From a bacterium (lineage in GTDB: Bacteria > RBG-13-61-14 > DATKZS01): a stretch of 64,000 nt of DNA. A program made the position numbers and the translations under genes. Under the pieces are notes generated by a model. It ran no database searches and had not been told where the DNA came from. It worked only from the letters and a program-made list of their open reading frames with translations. The stretch spans positions 128,001 to 192,000 of the forward strand of contig CAXXFL010000002.1 in the NCBI GenBank assembly GCA_963674965.2, read 5' to 3'. Within the stretch, counting starts at the first letter, position 1. Every line of letters begins with the position of its first letter. This document shows positions 28,462 through 38,504 of this stretch, piece by piece.

Positions 28462-29238
28462 CTAGACGGACTTGCCGATAAAGTCCAGTATCCGCATGAC
28501 GCCGCGCGTCTCGCTCAAGTCGGCTAGTATGACCGCGTTTTCGATCAGCCCTTTCGCCTCGGCGATGGGGATAATATCTCTTCCCCGGCCGGTCAGGATC
28601 GGCTCGAGCTCGGGCGCCATGTTGCGGGGAGCGAAGGCGTAATCGGCCTTGGCCAGAAGGGCCAGGTCGTTCATCGAGTCGGCCACCCCGATGGTCTTTT
28701 TGCCCCCCGCCACTAAAAAGAGCCCCTGGTACTTGTCGTATCCGGGCGGCAGGATATCCACCGCCACGCTCGAGTAGGTCACGTGGGCCCGTCCTGAGTA
28801 ATCGCCGCCTTCCACGAAATCCCTGACCTTTTCATAAAAACCTTTGGGGTCGTCGCAAAACATGGAGATGGTGGTGAGTCGGTGGGCGAAGTAATTGATT
28901 TCCCTGAAGCCCTCCTCGCGGATGGCCCGCTCGAGGCCCCGCATGGCCTCGATTTCCTCGGCCGTTGTCAGGACCTTCTCGGTCTCCCAATCAAGGGAAG
29001 CCGAGCAGCCCGTCTCCAGCACGCAGCCTTCCATCTCTCTGATGATGGGCTCGGGTACCTTCCGTTTTACGAAGTCCAGGTCGTTTCCCGTGCACACGAA
29101 CCTGACTAGGCGTCCCCTTAAAGAGGCCAGTCGCGCGGCCACCTCGCTCACAAGCTCGTCCCTTATGATTTCTCCGGGCTCGAGCAGGGTGCCGTGCAAA
29201 TCCAGACCGAGGATGAATCCGGCGTCGCCCTTTACCAT
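28462..29238 (-). CDS. HAD-superfamily (subfamily IIB-like) hydrolase
   Basis: LDLHGTLL, CTGN, VDILPPGYDK, ADSMND. Confidence 0.82.
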   Translation of the reverse strand: MVKGDAGFILGLDLHGTLLEPGEIIRDELVSEVAARLASLRGRLVRFVCTGNDLDFVKRKVPEPIIREMEGCVLETGCSASLDWETEKVLTTAEEIEAMRGLERAIREEGFREINYFAHRLTTISMFCDDPKGFYEKVRDFVEGGDYSGRAHVTYSSVAVDILPPGYDKYQGLFLVAGGKKTIGVADSMNDLALLAKADYAFAPRNMAPELEPILTGRGRDIIPIAEAKGLIENAVILADLSETRGVMRILDFIGKSV

Positions 29239-30005
29239 TCCTCTCTCATGAGCTGCTTTATGACCTTGCCGATCCTCTCCTCGAGGTGGGACGGAGAGGT
29301 GGAGGCCCCCTTGTTGATGTACATGGCGGGGGCGCAGTGAATCAGGACCTTGCGGAAGGTGTCGTCACAGCGCTTCGAGGTAAAGAACAAGATGGGGATG
29401 GGATCGACCTCGATGGCGCTCTCGTGGGCCCGCATGGCCACGGCCGAGCTGATCCCGTTAAGCACGGGCATCTTCACGTCCATCACCACTAGTCCCACCC
29501 TGGACTTACCGCCGATGGTCTCCCGCACGAAGCGGCCCAGGAACTCGTAGCCGTTCTTGCAGGAGATGACCCTTCTCGTCAGGCCCTGGGCCACGAGCAT
29601 GTCGTTCAAGATGGCGGAGATGAGGTTCGAGTCCTCGACGGTGATGACCGTCTCGATGGGCGGCCCTTCCTCGGAGTCCGCTCCCAGGAAGAGGTCTTGG
29701 TCCGAGGCCAGGTCCCCGCCGGCTTCCCCCGGGGTTTCCATGGCCTTGGGCAACTCGGGCAGGATGGCCTTTCCGGCCCGGGTCTCGTCCGGATGGAACT
29801 CGATGGGCGCGTCCTCCACCGAGGCCGCGACGCTGGGAGGCCTGGCCGGGGCCGAAAGCGTCTGAGGACTGTTGGCCGTGCCCAGAAAGCTGCCGCAATG
29901 GGGGCATTGGAGAAGTTCCTCCCCCTCGATGCCGATGCTGACGGCCTTGCAGGGGACGTCCTCACCGCAACTTATGCAATATACTTTTTGAGGCTTGGCC
30001 GACAT
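29232..30005 (-). CDS. Response regulator with N-terminal zinc ribbon and C-terminal receiver
   Basis: CISC...CPHC; linker; VEDS, MDVKMPVLNG, FTS, INKG. Confidence 0.85.
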   Translation of the reverse strand: MSAKPQKVYCISCGEDVPCKAVSIGIEGEELLQCPHCGSFLGTANSPQTLSAPARPPSVAASVEDAPIEFHPDETRAGKAILPELPKAMETPGEAGGDLASDQDLFLGADSEEGPPIETVITVEDSNLISAILNDMLVAQGLTRRVISCKNGYEFLGRFVRETIGGKSRVGLVVMDVKMPVLNGISSAVAMRAHESAIEVDPIPILFFTSKRCDDTFRKVLIHCAPAMYINKGASTSPSHLEERIGKVIKQLMREEW

Positions 30006-30109
30006 AATCAAATTATTATAGCAGGACGCGGATTTTCTACAAATTTTTCATTCGCGTCCGGACCCTCAGGCTCGTGACTTTCCGGACGAAATACCGGTCC
30101 TTGGGTCCG

Positions 30110-32074
30110 TCATTCCCCTTGCTCGCCGTCCATCCATTTGAAGAACACCGCCCCCAGCGGTGGCAGGGCCGCGTTGAGCGAATAGGGACGGCCGTGATAG
30201 GGAAAGAGCTCGGCCTCGAGACCGCCCAGGTTGCCCTGTCCGCTTCCGTCGTAATCGTGAGCGTCGGAGTTGAGGATTTCCTTCCAAAAGCCCTTCTTGG
30301 GTACGCCCATCCGGTAGCTTTGCCTGTAAACGGGGGTCATGTTAAAGGCCGCCGCCACCAGGTCCTCGCTTTTCCTCGCCTTCCGGATGAGGGTCAGAAC
30401 GCTGTTGCCCGAGTCGTTGGCGTCTATCCACTCGAACCCCTCGTGCTCGCAGTCCATCTCGTGCAGGGCCGGCTCGTCCCGGTAAATCCGGTTGAGGTCG
30501 GTCACCAGTTTCTTGATCCCCTGGTGGGAATGGTACTGGAGCAGGTCCCACTGGAGGCTTTCCTCGTGGGACCACTCGTTCCATTGTCCTATTTCGCCGC
30601 CCATGAAAAGGAGCTTCTTGCCCGGCTGGGCGTACATGTAACAAAGAAGCAGCCTCAAGTTGGCGAACTTCTGCCACAGGTCTCCCGGCATCTTCGACAG
30701 GAGCGACCCCTTCATGTGCACGACCTCGTCGTGGGAAAGGGGAAGCATGAAGTTCTCGTTAAAGGCGTAGAGCATGCGGAAGGTGGTCTCGTTATGATGG
30801 AACTTCCGATGCACCGGGTCGCGAGTGACGTACTTGAGGGTGTCGTGCATCCATCCCATGTCCCATTTAAGTCCGAACCCCAGGCCGCCCACGTAGGTGG
30901 GCCTGCTCACCATGGGCCAGTCGGTGGACTCCTCGGCTATGGTCTGCACGTCGGGATGGACCGCGTAAATTTCCTCGTTCAGGCGGCGAATGAAGGATAT
31001 GGCCGCCAGGTTCTCCCTGCCCCCGTACTCGTTGGGCACCCACTCGCCGTGCTTTCTCGAATAATCGAGATACAGCATCGAGGCCACCGCGTCCATCCGA
31101 AGGCCGTCGGCGTGGTACGCGTCGAGCCAGAAAAGGGCCGAGCTCATAAGGAAACTCCGCACCTCGTTCCTGCCATAGTTGAAGATGAAGCTGGCCCAGT
31201 CCGGATGGAAGCCCTGTCTCGGGTCGGCGTGCTCGAATAGATGGGTACCGTCGAAGTATCCGAGCCCGTGCTCGTCGGTGGGAAAGTGGCTGGGCACCCA
31301 ATCGAGAATGACCCCGATCCCGTTTTGGTGCAGGGAGTCCACCAGGTACATGAAGTCCTGGGGGTCCCCGAACCTGCTGGTGGGCGCGAAGAACCCCGTC
31401 ACCTGGTAACCCCAGGAACCGTAAAAAGGGTGCTCCATTACGGGCATGAACTCGACGTGGGTGAAGCCCGTTTCCTTAACGTAGGCCGGCAGCTTTTCCG
31501 CCAGTTCGCGGTAGGTGAGGGAGCGTCCGCCCTCCTCGGGTACCCGCGTCCACGAGCCAAGGTGGACCTCGTAGACCGACATGGGCGCCGAGAGCTTGCT
31601 CAGTTCCTTGCGCCGGTCCATCCACTCGGCGTCTTGCCAGGCGTACTCCAGGTCCCACACGATCGAGGCCGTGCGGGGGGAGGTCTCGCTGTGGAAGGCG
31701 AAGGGGTCGTGCTTGTCCACCCGGTAGTCGGCCTGGTGGGAGACTATATGGAACTTGTAAAGGTCTCCCTTTTTCGCGTCCGGCACAAAGCCTTCCCAGA
31801 TGCCGGAGCTTCCGCGAGGCTCGAGGTAAAAGCCGGAATTTTGCCAGCCGTTGAAGTCTCCTATTACCGAGACCGACTTTGCGTTCGGGGCCCAGACCGC
31901 GAAATACACGCCGCTCTTGCCCCCCCATTCCAGGGGATGGGCGCCAAGCTTCTTGTACAAGGCGCCATGGCTTCCCTCGTTGAAAAGGTGGAGGTCGTAG
32001 TCCGTCAAAAGGGACGGCCTGGAGGGCTCGGCCGCCGGTTCCGCTTTGTCGCTTTTCTTTTTCTTTTCCTTCAT
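30110..32074 (-). CDS. glgB: 1,4-alpha-glucan branching enzyme
   Basis: [54 protein letters not shown]. Confidence 0.97.
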   Translation of the reverse strand: MKEKKKKSDKAEPAAEPSRPSLLTDYDLHLFNEGSHGALYKKLGAHPLEWGGKSGVYFAVWAPNAKSVSVIGDFNGWQNSGFYLEPRGSSGIWEGFVPDAKKGDLYKFHIVSHQADYRVDKHDPFAFHSETSPRTASIVWDLEYAWQDAEWMDRRKELSKLSAPMSVYEVHLGSWTRVPEEGGRSLTYRELAEKLPAYVKETGFTHVEFMPVMEHPFYGSWGYQVTGFFAPTSRFGDPQDFMYLVDSLHQNGIGVILDWVPSHFPTDEHGLGYFDGTHLFEHADPRQGFHPDWASFIFNYGRNEVRSFLMSSALFWLDAYHADGLRMDAVASMLYLDYSRKHGEWVPNEYGGRENLAAISFIRRLNEEIYAVHPDVQTIAEESTDWPMVSRPTYVGGLGFGLKWDMGWMHDTLKYVTRDPVHRKFHHNETTFRMLYAFNENFMLPLSHDEVVHMKGSLLSKMPGDLWQKFANLRLLLCYMYAQPGKKLLFMGGEIGQWNEWSHEESLQWDLLQYHSHQGIKKLVTDLNRIYRDEPALHEMDCEHEGFEWIDANDSGNSVLTLIRKARKSEDLVAAAFNMTPVYRQSYRMGVPKKGFWKEILNSDAHDYDGSGQGNLGGLEAELFPYHGRPYSLNAALPPLGAVFFKWMDGEQGE

Positions 32075-32393
32075 AAGCTACGATTATAAACCCCGGCGGC
32101 CCGATTGGAAAGCCCCGTTCCCGATCTCTCCCGTTTGCCGTGCATGAAAAAAAGCCGCCTTCCCGCGCCAAAGGGCTTGGCAAAAGAGATCACGCCGGAC
32201 ATGACGCCCCGCGGGGCCCGGCCCTCCGGCCCAAGATGTTTTACAATTGCAATGGCTTGGACTTGCCCCGCCGCAAGTCGCGTCTTCTGTCCGCGCCGAG
32301 CGCGGATTCTTTGGCCTCATTCTCGATCTTGCACGGCCGCTTGATCCACGCCGCCGCGGCCGGCGAGCGAAGAGAGTAGCTCGACTTATCCCG

Positions 32394-35300
32394 TTACTCT
32401 CCCTTAACGGTGAAAATGCGTTTTTTGTAGATGGGGTCGTGGTAGCGGCCTTTGCCGTCGTTGCCGCATTGGGGGAGGGAGACGTCGATGAGTATGGTAC
32501 CGGGAGAATCGACGCGCAGGACCACGCTCGATCTTCCTCCCGAGGCCATGGTCCAGGACACGTCGTAGCGCCCGCCGCCGCTTTGTCCTTCTCCACCCAG
32601 GATGGTGGCCGATCCGGACGACGAGTCCCCGTCGATCTCGAAGACCACGCCGAAGCCGGCCGAGAAGGTCGAGTCCTCGTTGAGTACCGCCACCGTGAGT
32701 CCGGCGGTCGAGCCTACCGCGGCGGTCACGGAGTCCTGTCCTATAACCACCAGGTCCACGGGCCGGGCGGGCACGCTCGAGACGGTCTGCATGGATACCA
32801 TTTGTTTGAGCAGGGAAATATCGAGAGGGGAGACCGCCCCGTCCATGTCCATCTCCTGGGTGTCGCCGTTCGGGGGCAGGACGCCCTCGTATGAAACGGA
32901 TTTGAGCGCCACGCGCTGGCTGAGGGCCGACAGGTCCAGGGGCGAGACGACCCCGTCCGCGGCGGCCTTGTCTCCGGCCTCTCCCCAGAAGTAGCAACCG
33001 GCCGCGCCCGCGGGCTCGGGCGACCAGGGGTCGGAGCCGTTCCAGTACTCGTGAGAGTTGGAGTTGCCGTCGCCGTCGAAGTCGGCGGCCATGCCGTCGT
33101 CCGGGTCCATGGCGTCGAGGTTTTGTGAGTGCCCGGTGGCGTTGGCGACCTCGAAGGGATCGGGCATGGCGTCGCCGTCCGAGTCCCAGGCGAGGGCGCT
33201 GGTTCCGTGGACCGATATCTCGTCCCCATCGCCGAGCCCGTCGGAGTCGGTATCGGGGTTGGTGGGGACCGTGCCATAGGTATCGACCTCGGCCCCGTCT
33301 TCGAGTCCGTCCCCATCCGAGTCGGGCTCGCAGGCGTCGGTCGAGTGGTTGTACTCGGCCAGGTTGGCCAGGCCGTCCAGGTCGTTGTCCATGGCCGAGT
33401 CGCCGACTAAAAGGTCCAGGCCGCAGGACTCGTGGGCGTCCTCCCACCCGTCGGGCATGAGGTCGCCGTCGGTGTCGTCCGAGCAGGGGGCCGAGGAGTG
33501 GACGTACTCGGCCATGTTGTTCAAGCCGTCGGCGTCGGGGTCCAGGACGGTGTCCGCGCCCAGCGGGTCGAGGCAGACGTCGTTGGCGACCTCGAAGGCG
33601 TCGTCCATGCCGTCGCCGTCAGTGTCCGGGTCAAGGGGATTGGTGGAGAAGAGGATGACCTCGTCGCCGTCGAGCAGTCCCTCCATGTCCGTGTCGGCCA
33701 TGCAGGGGCTGGTCCCCTCCAGTAACTCCTCCATGTTGGTGAAGCCGTCCGCGTCATCGTCGGCCAGGGTGTCGGCCTCGAGCGGGTCCACCCCGCAGGC
33801 GGAATAAGCCACCTCCCAGGCGTCGCCAATCCCGTCGTCGTCCGTGTCCGGATCGCAGGGGTCGGTGTCCGCGTAAAACTCGTAAAGGCTGGCCAGGCTG
33901 TCGCCGTCCTGGTCCAGGGCCGAGTCGGGCACGAGGTAATCGAGGCAGTAATGAGAGTCCTCCCAGACGTCGCACATGCCGTCGCCGTCCGAGTCCTCGG
34001 GAGTGCAGGGGTCGGTCGAGTTGCCGTATTCCACAATGTTCGGGCAGTAATCCCCGTCCTCGTTCTCGTCGCCGTCGTCAACGGTCGCGTCCAGGCAGGA
34101 GTAGTAAACCTCCCAGCCGTCGTCCATGGTGTCGCCGTCCGTGTCCGGGTCGCACGGGTCCATGTAGAGGGAGTACTCGTACTCCTCGAGGCTGGCCAGT
34201 CCGTCCGCGTCGGGGTCGAGGTCCGAGTCCGCCGAGTCCGCGTTCAGACAGCCGTGCAGGTTTTCCCAGTGGTCCCTGATTCCGTCGGCGTCGCGGTCAC
34301 CGTTAAGAGCGTAATAATACTCGACGATCTCGTTGTTTTTCCGGCCGACCAGATACATGCCCGAGTAGGTCAAGATGGGCTTCCCATATTTAAGCCCGCT
34401 CGCGTCCTGTGGCGGAAGGGGCTCGGAACCGAGAGTGGCGGCAGGAAAGACCCGGGTCATTCCCGCCTCTCCCGAGTTGTCGTTCCACGACGCCGCTCCA
34501 TAGCCGAAGTGTCCGTCAATCAGCCCGAAGTCGTACAAGGTGGGCATGTTCGACTCGTCCAGACAAGGGGAAGAACCCGAGCAGAAGTTCCTGACCGACC
34601 GCCATTCGCCTTCCTCATACATGTGGACCTCGGCGAAATGCTGGTTCGGCGTGTATGGATCCGTAAAATGGGCCTCGAGCACCCCGAAGACGATCGGCTC
34701 GCCCTGGTTGTTCACCCGTATGCGGGTTTGGCCGAACTCACATCCGCTGTAGATTCTTTCGCCCGCGCCCTCCCAGGTATTGTAGTCCACGGTCTCTTCA
34801 TCCCACCCGCCGCCGGGCGTATAAATATAGTGACTCAGGGAGTAAGTATATCCGTCGGTCTGGTTATGGGAAATATGGATTTTGCCGTCCGGTCCCTCCG
34901 CCAGGTCGGTCACGCCGCAAAGTCCTTCCTGGTAAGAACCGTCAAGTCTCCAACTCTTGCCGGACACCTCGCTCCAGGAGTCGTTTTGCCAGGCGTAGAG
35001 TCGCGAGTAAATCCCGTCCTCGCAAAGCGCGTAGACCGTCCCGTCCCGGGCCGCCTCGAGGCCCATGCAAAAACGCTGTTCCTGAGGGGTTATTTGCTGG
35101 ACCCACTGGCCGCCGACGCGGGTTGCAAACCTGGAGCGGTAACCGACCTCGTACCACATGACGTGAACGGCGCCGTCGCCGCCCGCGGCGATCCTCACGT
35201 TGTCGACGGGGGCCGTCGAGCAGGCGGCGATCATCTCGGGCTCGGTCCAGCCCGACTCGTCCCGGAAGGCGTAATAGATTTCGTGGGGGGCCTCGGGGTA

Positions 35301-36923
35301 AACGCTGTTGCCGTTCATGATCCAGGCCGCGTGAAAGTTGTAGTCGTCGTCCCGGTCCACGTCCATCATCGGGAACATGTCCGCGCCTTCGCCGGCGGGT
35401 CTTCCCTCCCATACCTCATGGGGCCCGTCCCAAACGGGATGGTTCCATTCGCACGGGTCGAGGCCCAGGTTGTATTCGTCGAGGCTGCTCAGGACGTCGA
35501 GGTCCGGACTGTACTGGGAATCGAACGCGACGGCGTCGATGCAGGGGTGGGTGGACTCGAAGTTGTCGTCCATGCCGTCTCCGTCCGTGTCCGGGTTACA
35601 AGGGTCGGTGGAAAAGCCATATTCCTCGAGGTTGTCCAGGTTGTCCGAGTCGTAATCCGAGCCACAGTCGGCCTGGCCGATCATCATGCACGGATAGGCG
35701 GCCTCCCAGGCGTCGGGCAGCCCGTCTGCGTCCGTGTCGGAGAGGCATGGGTTCGAAAGCTTTTGGAACTCTTCCAGGTTGGAAAGACCGTCCGAGTCAT
35801 AGTCGCCTCCGGAGTCGGACGAGTCGCCGTCCACGCAGGGGTACAAGTCCTCCCAGTAGTCGGAGGCCCCGTCGCCGTCTCGGTCCTCGAAAAGGCACGG
35901 GTCGGTCGAGGCCCCGTACTCGATGGAGTTTGAAGCCCCGTCGCCGTCGTAGTCCATCTGGGCGTCGGCCGTTCCCGAGGCCATGCAGCCGTGAGTATCT
36001 TCCCAGACGTCAGGTAAACCGTCGCCGTCGGAGTCGTTCTGGGCGCAGGGGTCGGACGAGATAAGCCATTCCTCCAGGTTGAGGACCAGGTCGGCGTCAG
36101 GGTCGGCAAGGGAGTCGCCCACCAAAAGGGCGACGCAGGAATATGAATGCTCCCAGCCGTCGGGCATGCCGTCGCCGTCGGTGTCGCTTTGGCAAGGATG
36201 GGCCGAGCTTGCGTACTCGAGGGAATTGGCGAGCAGGTCGCCGTCCGGGTCCAGGTCGCCGTCGGCCGTGTCGCCCATCATGCAGGGATAGGAGTCTTCC
36301 CACTCGTCGGAGATCAAGTCCCCGTCCCGGTCGTTTATAACCTGGAGGGGAACGCCAAGCTCGGCGTCGTTATAGACCATGCAGCCGTCGTCGTAACCCA
36401 CGCGGTAGTCAATCTGAAAATCCCCGGACGTGTCGCCGACCGCAAGGGACACGGTAACGACGAAGGAGCCGCAGGTCGAGTCTCCCGAGAGCGAGCCCGT
36501 CCACCAGTAGTAGCCGGGACCGGACGGATAGTCGGACTCGACCAGGGCGGCGCGAGCCGAGTCGTCGTCAAGAAGGGTCGAGCCCCAATAGGCGCCGGTG
36601 ACGGAAAAGCCCTCGGGCAGCTTGATGGCGCCAAATCGCGTCGATCCCCGGGCCGCTTCCTCCTCGTTCGACGAGAGGGTCACGTCATATTCCACGGTCG
36701 TAAGTCGTCCGGCCCTCTCGGGTTGGGCGACCTCGACTATCTCGAGACAGCCGGAAAGGAAAAAAACCATAAAGGAAATAAAAATTATGAGGAAGACGCC
36801 GGGGCTAAAGTCGGCTGGGGATGACTTGATTCGGCGGCAATTTCCTGAAAACAACCTATAAAGACTCGCGTTTGCAACCTTACGTGACATTGGATAAATA
36901 AAGTTCATAAAGCCACTACTCAT
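32394..36923 (-). CDS. Large exported (lipo)protein with thrombospondin type-3-like Ca-binding repeats, central propeller-like region and dockerin-like C-terminus
   Basis: FFLSGC lipobox (true start uncertain); ~13 repeats of DxDGDGxxDxWE..C...DxDxDxxxNxxEY...DPC; twin DGxVSPLD motifs. Confidence 0.85.
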   Translation of the reverse strand: MSSGFMNFIYPMSRKVANASLYRLFSGNCRRIKSSPADFSPGVFLIIFISFMVFFLSGCLEIVEVAQPERAGRLTTVEYDVTLSSNEEEAARGSTRFGAIKLPEGFSVTGAYWGSTLLDDDSARAALVESDYPSGPGYYWWTGSLSGDSTCGSFVVTVSLAVGDTSGDFQIDYRVGYDDGCMVYNDAELGVPLQVINDRDGDLISDEWEDSYPCMMGDTADGDLDPDGDLLANSLEYASSAHPCQSDTDGDGMPDGWEHSYSCVALLVGDSLADPDADLVLNLEEWLISSDPCAQNDSDGDGLPDVWEDTHGCMASGTADAQMDYDGDGASNSIEYGASTDPCLFEDRDGDGASDYWEDLYPCVDGDSSDSGGDYDSDGLSNLEEFQKLSNPCLSDTDADGLPDAWEAAYPCMMIGQADCGSDYDSDNLDNLEEYGFSTDPCNPDTDGDGMDDNFESTHPCIDAVAFDSQYSPDLDVLSSLDEYNLGLDPCEWNHPVWDGPHEVWEGRPAGEGADMFPMMDVDRDDDYNFHAAWIMNGNSVYPEAPHEIYYAFRDESGWTEPEMIAACSTAPVDNVRIAAGGDGAVHVMWYEVGYRSRFATRVGGQWVQQITPQEQRFCMGLEAARDGTVYALCEDGIYSRLYAWQNDSWSEVSGKSWRLDGSYQEGLCGVTDLAEGPDGKIHISHNQTDGYTYSLSHYIYTPGGGWDEETVDYNTWEGAGERIYSGCEFGQTRIRVNNQGEPIVFGVLEAHFTDPYTPNQHFAEVHMYEEGEWRSVRNFCSGSSPCLDESNMPTLYDFGLIDGHFGYGAASWNDNSGEAGMTRVFPAATLGSEPLPPQDASGLKYGKPILTYSGMYLVGRKNNEIVEYYYALNGDRDADGIRDHWENLHGCLNADSADSDLDPDADGLASLEEYEYSLYMDPCDPDTDGDTMDDGWEVYYSCLDATVDDGDENEDGDYCPNIVEYGNSTDPCTPEDSDGDGMCDVWEDSHYCLDYLVPDSALDQDGDSLASLYEFYADTDPCDPDTDDDGIGDAWEVAYSACGVDPLEADTLADDDADGFTNMEELLEGTSPCMADTDMEGLLDGDEVILFSTNPLDPDTDGDGMDDAFEVANDVCLDPLGADTVLDPDADGLNNMAEYVHSSAPCSDDTDGDLMPDGWEDAHESCGLDLLVGDSAMDNDLDGLANLAEYNHSTDACEPDSDGDGLEDGAEVDTYGTVPTNPDTDSDGLGDGDEISVHGTSALAWDSDGDAMPDPFEVANATGHSQNLDAMDPDDGMAADFDGDGNSNSHEYWNGSDPWSPEPAGAAGCYFWGEAGDKAAADGVVSPLDLSALSQRVALKSVSYEGVLPPNGDTQEMDMDGAVSPLDISLLKQMVSMQTVSSVPARPVDLVVIGQDSVTAAVGSTAGLTVAVLNEDSTFSAGFGVVFEIDGDSSSGSATILGGEGQSGGGRYDVSWTMASGGRSSVVLRVDSPGTILIDVSLPQCGNDGKGRYHDPIYKKRIFTVKGE

Positions 36924-37013
36924 TATAATCGACGAAATTCTTAATATCTTTAGATATGACTCTCCTTCGAAAGCCGAAACCCATCCTCGAAATCTAAAAT
37001 TTCTCTAATATTA

Positions 37014-37042
37014 GTTATAGTTGCGATTTAGGCGATTGTCAA
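37014..37042 (-). promoter_or_regulatory. Sigma70-type promoter
   Basis: Minus strand TTGACA-17 nt-TATAAC upstream of the 1509-aa gene. Confidence 0.55.
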
Positions 37043-37249
37043 TCCGGCCAAGAAAAAATCCCTGTTATTTCGGTATATTAAAGATATGAATCAGTTTGTC
37101 CAAGGACGGGGAACGGGCACTTGCGCGGTTGTACAACATGTCGATTTTACATGGGAAACCTTTGCCCGGTCCATCTCGACTTTGGCCGTACCCGGCTTAT
37201 TCGGCTTCTTCCGCGCTGAAGAAGGCATGAGCAGGAAAATGAAACGAGA

Positions 37250-38368
37250 TTACCAGGAGCCGGATTTGACGGCGCCGCTCCCGTCGCAATACATGGGTCT
37301 TACCTTGACCTCGCCGTCCGCGCCGACCTCGATCTCGATAAAGGTAGCCGGTTTTCCCGCTCGCTCGTAAAAGGCCCCCGCGTTGTAGACCTTTATATCG
37401 CGGTCCTTGTATATTCTCGAGTCCGTCGGAAGAAGACGGGTGTTCGAGGCGTGCTGCACGTGAGTGTGACCGAAGATAAAGTAGTCAGGGGGCGAGTCAT
37501 AACCCCGGAAGTATTTGATATAGGCCTCGATGGCCCGAAGCCGCTCCCTGTATATCTTTTTTCCCTTCATTTCTTCCAGGGGAAACAGTAGCTTGACGAG
37601 ATTGAAACCGACGGCCGGAATAAGCTTTCTTATCCTGCTCGCGATGTTTCCCGGTCCCACCAGGTCGTCGACCAGGTCGCGGGTGGTCCTGGTAAAGGAC
37701 ACGGCGTTGGCAACGGTCTGATACTGGGCGGTCTCGATGAAGATTTTTTTGCGCGCCCCCAGGATCGCCTTTTCGTCCTTGGCCTTCTCGAACTTATCCT
37801 CCAGGCGGTTGAAAAGGGTCTGCTTCTCGTCCAGGTAATGGCCGTGAGTAAAAAGCATGGTCCATGACGGGCCTTTTACCTCGTGGTCCGGGTATTTTAC
37901 CGTCACCTTCGGCCGGGCCGGCTCGGGGAATATGCCGGAGATAAAAGACGCTCCATTTGCCCACGCGTCCTCCTCGTGGGGGGACTCCACGCTTCCCATT
38001 CTTTCTCCCGCGGCCAGAACGTCAACGCAGACCACCTGGGTGGAGAGCATGTCCCATATTTTATAGTCGTGGTTGCCCGGAAGATATATCCATTGCCCGG
38101 CCAACTCGCCTATCGACCGGTCCTTGTCAAGGCCCTCCAAAAAGGAGCGGAAGCCAAACAGCCCTCTTCCTCCCTCGATGGATTTGGTGAACGTGGAAAG
38201 GTTGACGTCGAGGAGGTCGCCGGTAAAGATGATCTCCTTGTACGGGCCATGGGATAAAAGGTATTCCGTCACCCCGTCCGAGACGGCCTTCCTGTTGATG
38301 GAAGACTCCTTTGTCCCGAAATGGACGTCGGACAATACAAGGTACTTGGCCGGGGCCGAGTCGTTCAC
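37250..38368 (-). CDS. Metallophosphoesterase (calcineurin-like)
   Basis: SDVHFG, GDLLD, GNHD, THGH, FGHTH motifs; AGGAGG RBS with GTG start. Confidence 0.88.
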   Translation of the reverse strand: MNDSAPAKYLVLSDVHFGTKESSINRKAVSDGVTEYLLSHGPYKEIIFTGDLLDVNLSTFTKSIEGGRGLFGFRSFLEGLDKDRSIGELAGQWIYLPGNHDYKIWDMLSTQVVCVDVLAAGERMGSVESPHEEDAWANGASFISGIFPEPARPKVTVKYPDHEVKGPSWTMLFTHGHYLDEKQTLFNRLEDKFEKAKDEKAILGARKKIFIETAQYQTVANAVSFTRTTRDLVDDLVGPGNIASRIRKLIPAVGFNLVKLLFPLEEMKGKKIYRERLRAIEAYIKYFRGYDSPPDYFIFGHTHVQHASNTRLLPTDSRIYKDRDIKVYNAGAFYERAGKPATFIEIEVGADGEVKVRPMYCDGSGAVKSGSW

Positions 38369-38504
38369 GCGATCATCCTCCTTTTAAGTATATAATGCCA
38401 GTTTATCGGTTATTGAATATACCCTGGCCATGAAAATGTCAAGAAAAATAGTTAATCCAAGGCCATAAGTGACAAAAGGTCATTATTTCTGTAGAATGTC
38501 CGGG

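Noticed and set aside
33951..35933. 660-aa plus-strand ORF, and similar long antisense ORFs (48168-50153, 49894-51252, 30074-31240, 56974-58200)
   Set aside because: They mirror well-supported genes on the opposite strand; long shadow ORFs are expected in GC-rich DNA.
36924..37249. c-di-GMP (GEMM) riboswitch upstream of the large surface protein
   Set aside because: A GGGCAAA is present on the minus strand, but the GAAA tetraloop and GACGCAAAG core are absent.
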